From NCBI GenBank assembly GCA_002840305.1, contig PHAI01000002.1:10707-74706 (forward strand): a stretch of 64,000 nucleotides of DNA, read 5' to 3'. The position numbers and the translations under genes were made by a program. Below the pieces are notes generated by a model. The model was not told the origin of the DNA, made no database searches, and saw only the letters and a program-made list of their open reading frames with translations. The stretch comes from Candidatus Falkowbacteria bacterium HGW-Falkowbacteria-1 (GTDB lineage Bacteria > Patescibacteriota > Patescibacteriia > Patescibacteriales > UBA12465). Below are positions 26,977 to 35,745 of this stretch, one piece after another (position 1 is the first letter of the stretch; the number at the start of each line of letters is the position of its first letter).

Positions 26977-28725
26977 ATGTCTATATTACTTCAAGTAAAA
27001 GATTTGAAAAAAGAATATAGTGGTCAGATTATCTTTTCTGGCCTGTCTTTTGCTGTATCCGAAAAACAAAAAATAGGAGTAGTTGGTGTAAATGGGGCAG
27101 GGAAATCAACTTTGTTTCGTATTATTAGCGGAGAAGAAAGTTCTGACTCCGGTGAAATGATAATAAATAAAAAAGCAGATATTGGATACTTAAAACAAAA
27201 AGATGATTGGTTTGAAGATGAGAGCGGATTGGAATATTTAATTAGACAAGCAGATTGTCCCGATTGGCAGGCCAAAAAAATGGCTAGTCGCTTTGAACTA
27301 GACGATAAAAAGCTTTCTCTTTTGGCCAAAGAACTATCTGGGGGATGGCGTATTCGCTTGCGTCTTTGCGGCATGTTGATTAAAGGGCCAAATCTTCTTT
27401 TGCTTGATGAACCAAGTAATTATCTTGACTTGAATACTCTTATTTTGTTGGAAAACTATTTAAATTCATATAATGGAAGTTTTTTAATTATTTCTCATGA
27501 TCGCGAATTTTTAAAAAATGTTTGTAGTGAAACAATAGAAATTTCGAAAAATGGTTGTTATTATTATCCTGGTAATATAGATAATTATCTTACTTTCAAA
27601 AAACAAAAATTGGCCACGACTATAAAAGCTAATAAAAATCTTGAGAAACAACAAGAACATTGGCAAGAGTTCGTTGATCGTTTTCGCTACAAAGATTCAA
27701 AAGCTAAACAGGCGCAGGCTCTTATTAAAAAAATTGCAAAGATAGAAAAAAATCGTGTCATTATTGAGCGTAAGGCGAGTATAAGTAGAATAATTATTCC
27801 AGCAATTAAAAATAAGAAAAACTTTTCCTTGAGAATAGACAATCTTAGTATTGGTTATAAGGGGAAGAAAATTGTTTCGAATATAGATTTTATTTGTCGT
27901 TTTGGTGAAAAATTAGCTATATTGGGTTTAAATGGCCAGGGCAAAACAACTCTAATTAGAACCCTTGCGGGTTGCTTGGAGGTAGTAGAGGGGTCATTCC
28001 AATTTGCTAGAAATAGTTCAGTGGCTTATCATGGGCAAGAGGAAATGGAACTCATGAATGATCGTGAACAGGCTGGAGATTTTTTGCGTCGTCTTGCTTC
28101 ACCGGATATTAAGTTGGAAAGTATTTTAAAGATGGCTGGAGATTTTTTATTTAAAGAAGAAGAGTTAAAGAAACCAATATCTGTTTTATCTGGTGGTGAA
28201 AAATCGCGCTTGCTTCTCGCTGGTTTATTATTATCAAGACCAAGTATATTGATTTTAGACGAACCAACTTGCCACCTTGATTTCGAAACAACGGAGGCCC
28301 TGGGACAGGCTCTCAAAAAGTGGGATGGAATGGTGCTTTTTGCCAGTCATGATAGGGCCTTTTCAAAGTTAGTGTCGACTGGCATTATTGAAATAAAAGA
28401 TAAAAAAGCCAAACGTTTGCATAATGATTATGATGATTATGTCAACAAATTGAAAAAAGACCTTATTAAAAAAACATCAGAAGAAAAAAACAATGGAAAT
28501 TTTTCTGAAAAGAAACATAATTATCTTGAAAATAAATTAAAGAAAAAAGAAATTAGTTTACTTGAGAAAAAAATAATAAAAATGGAGGAACGCAAAAAGG
28601 AATTAATAACTTATTTTCTTAAAAATTATAGCAATTATGATTTAGACAAAGTTAAGGAATTAGAAGAGCTTGAAAAAAGCTTGAAAGAGAAGGAGGATCT
28701 TTGGCTAGCTTTGAACGAGGACTAA
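26977..28725 (+). CDS. ABC-F family ATPase (two ABC domains, no TM segments, C-terminal coiled coil)
   Basis: Walker A GVNGAGKST and GLNGQGKTT; signatures LSGGWRIRL and LSGGEKSRL; Walker B LLLLDEP and ILILDEP. Confidence 0.9.
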   Translation: MSILLQVKDLKKEYSGQIIFSGLSFAVSEKQKIGVVGVNGAGKSTLFRIISGEESSDSGEMIINKKADIGYLKQKDDWFEDESGLEYLIRQADCPDWQAKKMASRFELDDKKLSLLAKELSGGWRIRLRLCGMLIKGPNLLLLDEPSNYLDLNTLILLENYLNSYNGSFLIISHDREFLKNVCSETIEISKNGCYYYPGNIDNYLTFKKQKLATTIKANKNLEKQQEHWQEFVDRFRYKDSKAKQAQALIKKIAKIEKNRVIIERKASISRIIIPAIKNKKNFSLRIDNLSIGYKGKKIVSNIDFICRFGEKLAILGLNGQGKTTLIRTLAGCLEVVEGSFQFARNSSVAYHGQEEMELMNDREQAGDFLRRLASPDIKLESILKMAGDFLFKEEELKKPISVLSGGEKSRLLLAGLLLSRPSILILDEPTCHLDFETTEALGQALKKWDGMVLFASHDRAFSKLVSTGIIEIKDKKAKRLHNDYDDYVNKLKKDLIKKTSEEKNNGNFSEKKHNYLENKLKKKEISLLEKKIIKMEERKKELITYFLKNYSNYDLDKVKELEELEKSLKEKEDLWLALNED

Positions 28726-28773
28726 AAGGGAGGGGGCGTTGATTTGATGTAATATTTTTTCTTATATTAATAT

Positions 28774-29754
28774 ATGAATATTTTTTACCCAATACAATTA
28801 TTAGCAGATTTAATTAGTTATGGTTTAATAGGGCTAGTCGAAAAGTCTTATTTGGGCAGTGCTGTCAATTTTTTTGTTTATGACACAATAAAGATTGGCC
28901 TTCTTTTGTTGTTTATTAATTATTTAATGGCGGTAACTAGATTTTATTTTCCAATGGAAAGAGCCAAAAACATTTTGACTAAAAAACGTTGGTTCGGTTT
29001 GAATTATTTAATAGCGGCTCTTTTAGGAGTGGTTACTCCTTTTTGTTCTTGCTCCTCTATTCCTTTGTTTATTGGTTTTATGGGGGCGGGAATACCCTTG
29101 GGAATAACTTTTGCCTTTTTAATTAGTTCGCCTCTTATCAATGAAGCATCTTTATATCTTTTTCCGGCAATGTTTGGGATAAAGGTTGCAATTTTGTACA
29201 ATTTGTTTGGGTTAACAATAGCCGTTCTTGGCGGTATGTTAATTCAAAAATTAAAATTGGAGAAATATATAATGCCGGAGCTTTTGAAATTTAAATCGCG
29301 CGCTCAAGTGGAAGCAGAAAATAACAATTCTAAGTTATCATTTAAAAAACTTGTGACTTACTTTTGGAAAGACGGGATGAATATTACTAAACAGATTTTT
29401 CCGTATGTAGTTTTGGGCGTCGGCATTGGCGCTATTATTCATGGTTTTGTGCCGAGTAATTTGATCGAATATTATTTATCTGCCAAATCTTGGTGGACCG
29501 TCCCAATGGCCGTTATCTTAGGTGTGCCGCTTTACGCCAATTCTATAAGCGTACTTCCGATAATGGAGGCTTTAGTAGGAAAGGGAGCGCCGTTGGGCAC
29601 AATTTTAGCTTTTATGACAGCGATTGTAACCTTGTCGCTGCCCGAGGCTTTAATTCTTAAAAAAGTAATGCGTTGGCCATTGTTGGTAGTATTTTTTAGT
29701 ATTACTATAGTTGGGATTTTGATTATGGGATATTTATTTAATATTATTTTGTAA
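28774..29754 (+). CDS. Predicted permease (UPF0718/ArsP-like)
   Basis: About 8 TM segments with a VTPFCSCSSIPLF motif typical of this permease family. Confidence 0.7.
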   Translation: MNIFYPIQLLADLISYGLIGLVEKSYLGSAVNFFVYDTIKIGLLLLFINYLMAVTRFYFPMERAKNILTKKRWFGLNYLIAALLGVVTPFCSCSSIPLFIGFMGAGIPLGITFAFLISSPLINEASLYLFPAMFGIKVAILYNLFGLTIAVLGGMLIQKLKLEKYIMPELLKFKSRAQVEAENNNSKLSFKKLVTYFWKDGMNITKQIFPYVVLGVGIGAIIHGFVPSNLIEYYLSAKSWWTVPMAVILGVPLYANSISVLPIMEALVGKGAPLGTILAFMTAIVTLSLPEALILKKVMRWPLLVVFFSITIVGILIMGYLFNIIL

Positions 29755-29794
29755 AATAAAAATAAATTTAAATATAATTTTTTTCTAAAATAAC

Positions 29795-29828
29795 AAAACC
29801 GCCTCTAAAAAGAAGCGGTTTTGTTTTA
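29795..29828. terminator. Bidirectional terminator between convergent genes
   Basis: Stem AACCGC/GCGGTT flanked by an A-run and a T-run. Confidence 0.6.
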
Positions 29829-29858
29829 TCTAAATTTTGAGTTTAAATTTAATTTAAA

Positions 29859-30953
29859 TTATTTACTTACTACGATTATATTTTTTTCTATTTCTTTGAT
29901 AGTTTCATGATAGCCAGTAGGGTAATCTCGAATAGCATTATAGAGTATTGTTTTATCATAGTAATATGACTCACCATTTCTTGTTCCTGGGTCGTTGGTA
30001 ATAAATTCTTCTGTTGTTGGATCGAAACCACGAATAACCATCATGTGTTGACCTGGCCCGGGAGGTCTGTAATTGGGATTGTGCACTATCTGTCCATTCA
30101 TAGGGGCCAGAACTAAATGGCCCTTGGATAGTTCTTCTACTATATCATTTATAGTTACATCTTTTTTTAAAACCACTTGGTCGTATTGAAAATAATCTTT
30201 AAAAATCCAATCAAGAGTATCTTGGGCTGATGTGTCACGTGATTCTCCGTATTTTTTTTTGAGCCAATCAGAGATACCAGTAATTTCTTTCAAAGACTCT
30301 TCCTTGCTTAAACTTTTTTCTTGAACCCATTTCATCGCCATTAAAGCTGATGATTCCTCACAACCATTTTGTTGACGCGAATCAGACCAGTCACCAAAGG
30401 GGGCTTGTGTGGTGAAGGGTACGTCGTTGATTAATATTTTTTCATTAGCCTTGGGCAGTGTCATTGATTTTGCCATTGGTTCTCCTGTTATACCAACTGG
30501 AATACGAGCTAAATCTGAATTTGTTATGCCTCGACCTAGTTCGCGCATAATCTTGAAAGCATCTTCTGGCCTTCCTAGGTAATATTTTTTTCTGTCTCCA
30601 GGATAAATATAATAAGCTTCGCCATTTTTTTCTACATCTAAGAGAATCGTGCCTGACAGTCTCTCGGGGAAAACATTTGTATCAATAATAAAGTTATGTT
30701 TGGCTCCAAGTGCTAATTCTTTCATGATTTTAAAAGCGTCATAGGGACGACCAAGATAGTATGCCTTGTTATTTGCTGGATAAATATACCAAGCCTCGCC
30801 CTTGCTTTCTACCTGTAACAGAATGTAACCAGTGGTTTCTCCTGAGTATGTCACCCCTTTAACAGTTGGCAATCCAAGCGAAATTATGGCTACCAAACTA
30901 AAAACTAGAATAATTGCTTTATATTTTAATTTTGTTCTTGTTAATGGTTTCAT
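29859..30953 (-). CDS. Secreted C39-like cysteine peptidase-domain protein (YvpB-like) with two N-terminal repeats
   Basis: N-terminal TM/signal segment; tandem repeat GxILLxVExxGEAxYIYPxxxKxYYLGRPxDAFKIMxELxxG (two copies); C-terminal VPFTTQAPFGDWSDSRQQNGCEESS is typical of peptidase_C39-like domains. Confidence 0.7.
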   Translation of the reverse strand: MKPLTRTKLKYKAIILVFSLVAIISLGLPTVKGVTYSGETTGYILLQVESKGEAWYIYPANNKAYYLGRPYDAFKIMKELALGAKHNFIIDTNVFPERLSGTILLDVEKNGEAYYIYPGDRKKYYLGRPEDAFKIMRELGRGITNSDLARIPVGITGEPMAKSMTLPKANEKILINDVPFTTQAPFGDWSDSRQQNGCEESSALMAMKWVQEKSLSKEESLKEITGISDWLKKKYGESRDTSAQDTLDWIFKDYFQYDQVVLKKDVTINDIVEELSKGHLVLAPMNGQIVHNPNYRPPGPGQHMMVIRGFDPTTEEFITNDPGTRNGESYYYDKTILYNAIRDYPTGYHETIKEIEKNIIVVSK

Positions 30954-31072
30954 ATAGAAGTATTATACTTAAATACTAATAATAAATCAATTTTTTTTGA
31001 AATTCTTTGCTTATTGTTTCTAATCCCTTAAAGATGTATAATAGATATTAGATAAATTTTAATTACTAATTT

Positions 31073-31399
31073 ATGGATAACATCGAAGAAATTTGCTCTA
31101 TTTGTCATCAGCCCGTTTTGACTGAATTCTATTTTTGTCCGAATTGTGGCAACAACTTAAGAGAAAGACCAAAGCCAATTTCTATTCTGACTCAAATCGG
31201 TCTTTATATTTTGGCTATTTTTTTGCCACCATTAGGTTTGTGGCCAGGCATTAAATATTTGGCCAAAAAAGGCAAACAGGCGAAGTGGGTGGGCTCAATA
31301 ACAATTGTTTTAACCCTAATATCTTCAGTTATAGTAACCTGGTCAATTTTTAACCTTTTTAATAGTTATTTAAGTCAGTTGGAGGGAGTATTATACTAG
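31073..31399 (+). CDS. Zinc-ribbon membrane protein
   Basis: CSICHQ...CPNCG zinc ribbon followed by two TM helices. Confidence 0.6.
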   Translation: MDNIEEICSICHQPVLTEFYFCPNCGNNLRERPKPISILTQIGLYILAIFLPPLGLWPGIKYLAKKGKQAKWVGSITIVLTLISSVIVTWSIFNLFNSYLSQLEGVLY

Positions 31400-31540
31400 C
31401 GTTATCTGATATTTTAGAATAGAAGTATTATAAGAAAAATGTAAAAGCTTCATTGTTGATGGGGCTTTTGTTATATCTTTGATATATGATATAATATTAT
31501 TAATAAAGTTAAATATTGATTTATATTTAAATTAAAAATT

Positions 31541-33355
31541 ATGAAATTCAAAAAAGACATATCATGCAAGCGTGTAAAATTTTTGCATGGTTTTACCTTG
31601 ATTGAACTTTTAGTTGTTATTGCTATTATTGGAATACTAGCTACTTTAGCCGTGGTGGCCCTTCAACAAGCCAGATCTCGCGCTCGTGATAGCAAAAGGG
31701 TAGCTGATATAAAACAAGCTCAAACCGCTTTAGAATTATTTTATAATGAAAATGGTAGATACCCAACGACAGAAGAGTGGGAAAGTGGCTCTATAGTATC
31801 TTCTTCTACGGGAGAAGTGTTTATGTATAATATTCCTGTTGCTCCAACTCCGGCCGATGGAGATTGTTCTGGTCCTGAAAATGACTATACTTACATTCCT
31901 AATATTGATAATTCTGACTATGATCTAAATTTTTGCGTTGGTAATTCTCCTTCCGGTTTGCCCGATGGTAATTTAGTCGCTTTTTCCGGTGGCATCAAGA
32001 GTGGCACTGAATCAGGGGCGCCAGAAGAAGATGTTTGCGACCCAGTTTGTGATTATGGGTATAACTGCGAGGGTACTTCTTGTGTTTTAAAAGATAATTT
32101 TTTTGTTTCTTTGGTTTACGGATCTGTTAATTGGAGTGACGATAAAGAGTTGGTGGACTTGACTTCTGATTCTCAGTATATTTATGCCGCTGGCAATAAC
32201 GAGCTTGAAGGCGCTGGTCAGTTAGATGGGATGATTGTTAAATACGACAAAGATAGCATGAGCATAGAAGCTAAAAGAGTTTATGGTGGTGCGGGGAAAG
32301 ATGATTTAGAGTCAATAGTTGAACAGGGAGATTATCTTTATACGGCTGGAACTGTAAACTCTGGAGCTTCCGGCAATGCTTCTTTGACAAAATATAATAA
32401 GTCAGACTTATCTTTGGTTTCTGCCTTGAGTCTTGGTAGCAGTGGAAGCAGTTCTTACACTTTAACCCGAGATGATAATTATTTATACATAGGCGTTGGG
32501 AATACGGTTATGGTTTATGATTTTGATCTTAATTTAATAAAACAAAACTCTTATACCAACTCCATTACTTCTATAACTATTGATGGTAATTATTTGTATT
32601 TAGCATCTTCGGCAGGAAACAAAATAACCACTTTGAAAGTGGATAAAAATACTATGTCCGTTGATAGTGAGAATGCCTATGGTCGAACGGGAATTATTTT
32701 TTTCCCAACGTTTAGGGGCTCGGTTGATGATAGTTATTATTATGTCTATGGTCAAATTATTGGTGAAGGTCCAGCTGGTCGCAATGGTCTTATTCTTAAA
32801 TATGACAAGAGCGATCTTAGTCTTTTGGGCAAAAAAATATATGGCAGTGCTGATACTGATTATTTTGGCTCTCTTTGTCTTTCTGGCGAGTTCCTTTATG
32901 CAGTTGGTTACACTGGCGGAGCTTTTGATGGCAGTGGTGATTTATGGTTGAACAAGATTAATCGTAGTGATTTATCTTTAGTAAGCAGCGAAGTGATAAG
33001 AGAAAGTAATCTTGATACTTGGGGATACGAAGATACTTATTCCAGCTCCTGTCTTTATGAGAATCAGAGTTTATATTTTACTGCCTATGTTGACGAGTAT
33101 GATGATGAATATAACAATATCTTTGGTAATAGCGCTGCACTTATTAAAATTAAATCGGATTTTGTTAGCAGCGACGCAAGCTCTTCTAACTCAATTTTTA
33201 CAGTTTCTCCATATACCTTAACAACAGCAGATAGCAATTTAGACATTACTGATCCTAATATTTCTAGCCAGGTTGGTACTCAGGCTAGTAATCCTCTTGT
33301 TCTTTCTAGTTCTGTGAGCAATTTGGATATTTATGGCCCTTATATTATTGAGTAG
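31541..33355 (+). CDS. Prepilin-type (type IV pilin-like) protein with a large seven-repeat beta-propeller-like C-terminal domain
   Basis: The class III signal KFLHG|FTLIELLVVIAIIGILA has G at -1, F at +1 and E at +5. A Cys-rich linker follows, then seven repeats built around xYhYxxG cores and KY[DN]KSDLSL strands (SBBP-like). Confidence 0.8.
   Translation: MKFKKDISCKRVKFLHGFTLIELLVVIAIIGILATLAVVALQQARSRARDSKRVADIKQAQTALELFYNENGRYPTTEEWESGSIVSSSTGEVFMYNIPVAPTPADGDCSGPENDYTYIPNIDNSDYDLNFCVGNSPSGLPDGNLVAFSGGIKSGTESGAPEEDVCDPVCDYGYNCEGTSCVLKDNFFVSLVYGSVNWSDDKELVDLTSDSQYIYAAGNNELEGAGQLDGMIVKYDKDSMSIEAKRVYGGAGKDDLESIVEQGDYLYTAGTVNSGASGNASLTKYNKSDLSLVSALSLGSSGSSSYTLTRDDNYLYIGVGNTVMVYDFDLNLIKQNSYTNSITSITIDGNYLYLASSAGNKITTLKVDKNTMSVDSENAYGRTGIIFFPTFRGSVDDSYYYVYGQIIGEGPAGRNGLILKYDKSDLSLLGKKIYGSADTDYFGSLCLSGEFLYAVGYTGGAFDGSGDLWLNKINRSDLSLVSSEVIRESNLDTWGYEDTYSSSCLYENQSLYFTAYVDEYDDEYNNIFGNSAALIKIKSDFVSSDASSSNSIFTVSPYTLTTADSNLDITDPNISSQVGTQASNPLVLSSSVSNLDIYGPYIIE
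31591..31867 (+). repeat. Copy 1 of the 277-nt dispersed repeat (the 5' pilin cassette); its partner is at 62579-62855
   Basis: The hand alignment has no gaps. The core 31601-31718 versus 62589-62706 matches at 116 of 118 nt. Confidence 0.9.
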
Positions 33356-33372
33356 TAATAAAATAAAAAAGT

Positions 33373-33996
33373 ATGAAAAAATTGTTTACTTGCAAAAGCT
33401 TGATTTTAGTAGCTTTAGTTGCCTGTGTTTTAATATTTTTTTTGTTTTTAATTAGGGGAGACGAAGATACTTGGATTTGTAAAGACGGACGATGGATAGA
33501 GCATGGGCATCCGAGCTCTTCGATGCCCAGTATTGCTTGTATTAATAAAGAAGAAATTAATAATTTTGAAGAATGTGTTTCTGCTGGTAATGCTGTAATG
33601 GAAAGTTATCCTAGACAATGCCGGTCAGATGAAAAAACATTTGTTGAAAATATTGGCAACGAATTAGAAAAAAATGATTTGATACGGGTAGAAAATCCTC
33701 GTCCTAATCAGTTTATAGAGAATCAGCTTTTAATTAAAGGGGAAGCAAGAGGCACTTGGTATTTTGAGGCAAGTTTTCCAATATTTCTTTATGATAATAA
33801 TGGCAAGGAAATTGCAATATCTATTGCTCAGGCAAAAAGTGATTGGATGACAGAAAATTTTGTTTCTTTTGAGGCAGTTTTGGAATTTTCTACACCAGAA
33901 ACAAACAATGGATTTTTAATTTTTAAAAAAGATAACCCTTCCGGCCTATCCGAGTATGACGACGAATTAAAAATTCCAGTAAAATTTTCAAAATAG
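33373..33996 (+). CDS. Membrane-anchored protein with a Gmad2-type Ig-like domain
   Basis: N-terminal TM helix; the C-terminal VENPRPNQFIENQLLIKGEARGTWYFEASFPIFLYDNNGKEI...FVSFEAVLEF fits the Gmad2 pattern. Confidence 0.6.
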   Translation: MKKLFTCKSLILVALVACVLIFFLFLIRGDEDTWICKDGRWIEHGHPSSSMPSIACINKEEINNFEECVSAGNAVMESYPRQCRSDEKTFVENIGNELEKNDLIRVENPRPNQFIENQLLIKGEARGTWYFEASFPIFLYDNNGKEIAISIAQAKSDWMTENFVSFEAVLEFSTPETNNGFLIFKKDNPSGLSEYDDELKIPVKFSK

Positions 33997-34116
33997 TAAT
34001 TATTAGAATAAAGACTTTAGATTATATCGTTAAAAATATAAACTAGAAGTATAATAATATGAAAATAGTCATTATTTTGAGCGATAACTTAAATAAAATT
34101 ATTTAAAAACAAAAGA

Positions 34117-34548
34117 ATGGATTACAAAATAAGAAAATTACAAAAAAATGACTTAAAAGGAGTGTCGTTCTTTGAAACACTGTCGAGCTTGAGACCGGTT
34201 GAGGATTTGTCATTTTCTTTGTCTGAGAGTATTTTTTCTGATTGTCAAAAAAGAGGAATTGAAATTTATGTAGCCGAAAGTGAGGGCTTGATCGTTGGTA
34301 CGATTAGATTAATGTTTGAACCAAAATTTTATCATCATGGCAAATTGGTCGCGCATATTGAAGATGTCTCTACTCATGAAAAATATCAGGGCAAGGGAGT
34401 GGCCCGCTCATTGATTGATTATGCCATTTCTTTATGTAAAGAAAAAAAATGTTATAAAATAATTTTAGATTGCGATAGTCAATTGGTAGAGTTTTATAAA
34501 AAGTTTGGATTTCAGCTTGATAGTAACTGTATGCGAATAAATTTATAA
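34117..34548 (+). CDS. GNAT-family N-acetyltransferase (GNA1-like)
   Basis: The acetyl-CoA motif HIEDVSTHEKYQGKGVARSLIDYA and the C-terminal FYKKFGF. Confidence 0.85.
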   Translation: MDYKIRKLQKNDLKGVSFFETLSSLRPVEDLSFSLSESIFSDCQKRGIEIYVAESEGLIVGTIRLMFEPKFYHHGKLVAHIEDVSTHEKYQGKGVARSLIDYAISLCKEKKCYKIILDCDSQLVEFYKKFGFQLDSNCMRINL

Positions 34549-34602
34549 AGTAAAAGCGTATTTTTTATTGTGTTTTTTTTGAAGTTTTTGGTGTAAAAAC
34601 TA

Positions 34603-34632
34603 AAAAAGACTTTCATTTTGAAAGTCTTTTGT
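34603..34632. terminator. Bidirectional terminator
   Basis: Stem AGACTTTC/GAAAGTCT flanked by an A-run and a T-run, between convergent genes. Confidence 0.65.
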
Positions 34633-34647
34633 GTGTCGAGACATTAT

Positions 34648-35133
34648 TTAGCCTTTTTCGAGGGATATAGTGGCCAAAAAGAGAGATTTTTCTTTCTCTA
34701 ATTTCTGGGTAACATCCAATAATTTTTTAAGCTCTTTTTCTTCTTTGGCTAATTTTTCTTCTAGCTTTTTTAAGTAACCCTTACTATTTCCTTGTAATAA
34801 CTTATTGCTAAATTTTTCTAATGTTACTTGAAAAATCTTTAATTTATTGCTTATTTCTTCGTTTTTTTTTCTTAGATTTAAACCGTAAGCTTTTAAAATA
34901 ATAGTTTCGATTCGCATTAAAATCATTTCTTCAAAAGTTTTCATTTTGATTAAATCGCTATATGTTTCTTCTAAGAAAAAATCTTTATCAATAAACTTTT
35001 CTTGTTTAACGCTTTCTTCAATTATTGAAAAAATTTCTTTCCAATCCTTTTCGGTTTCGCTAGAAACCACCTCTTTTTGTTTGCGTTCTAATAAGCCCAG
35101 GGACTTGATTACGAGACTGTCGGGATCTTTCAT
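34648..35133 (-). CDS. Hypothetical coiled-coil protein (161 aa)
   Basis: ORF only; K/E-rich heptad-like sequence. Confidence 0.45.
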   Translation of the reverse strand: MKDPDSLVIKSLGLLERKQKEVVSSETEKDWKEIFSIIEESVKQEKFIDKDFFLEETYSDLIKMKTFEEMILMRIETIILKAYGLNLRKKNEEISNKLKIFQVTLEKFSNKLLQGNSKGYLKKLEEKLAKEEKELKKLLDVTQKLEKEKSLFLATISLEKG

Positions 35134-35321
35134 GGCACATTTTTTTAAATTAAGTATATTTTTTTTAGGATATTATTTATAATTATTAAAGAACTATTTT
35201 TAAATCTTTTTATCTTACTAAGTTTTTTGTTTTTTGTCAATAAAAATGGGATTTTTATTGAAATTTGATTTTTTGTGTGCTACTATGGTATTGTTATAAA
35301 ATAAATTGAAGTCATAAAATT

Positions 35322-35690
35322 ATGAAAAGTTTTTTAAAGGTTTTATTGATTGTGCTTATTACAATCGTGGCCATTATCATTTTTGTTTTTTCCTATGTAA
35401 TCATTAAGAATCCATTGGGGATAGGAGATGTTGTAAAGTCCTATATAATACCTCGGAAAGCGGATGTTAATATGGAGGATTATGCCGATTATGATAATCC
35501 CTTGCTTACAGATGCGCAAGAGGAGAAAATTATTAAAGCTGGTATTGATATAAGAAAAATACCAACAGAGATAACGCCAGAACAACAAAAATGTGGAGTT
35601 GAGAAGTTGGGAGAGGAAAGAATATTAGAAATAGTAAATGGCGCCGAGCCATCTCCGACCGAGATGCTAAAAGTTTTACCTTGTTTATAA
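35322..35690 (+). CDS. Hypothetical membrane-anchored protein (122 aa)
   Basis: ORF with one N-terminal TM helix. A putative promoter TTGAAA-17-TACTAT lies upstream. Confidence 0.45.
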   Translation: MKSFLKVLLIVLITIVAIIIFVFSYVIIKNPLGIGDVVKSYIIPRKADVNMEDYADYDNPLLTDAQEEKIIKAGIDIRKIPTEITPEQQKCGVEKLGEERILEIVNGAEPSPTEMLKVLPCL

Positions 35691-35745
35691 CTCTTAGCTT
35701 AAAAATTAGTTTAGTTTTGAATGAATTTATAATTAAGATTAATGT

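Noticed and set aside
32661-33221. Alternative-frame ORFs (96 aa and 69 aa) within the large pilin gene
   Set aside because: They are same-strand out-of-frame ORFs inside a gene whose main frame shows clear repeat and domain structure, and their translations are hydrophobic and low-complexity.
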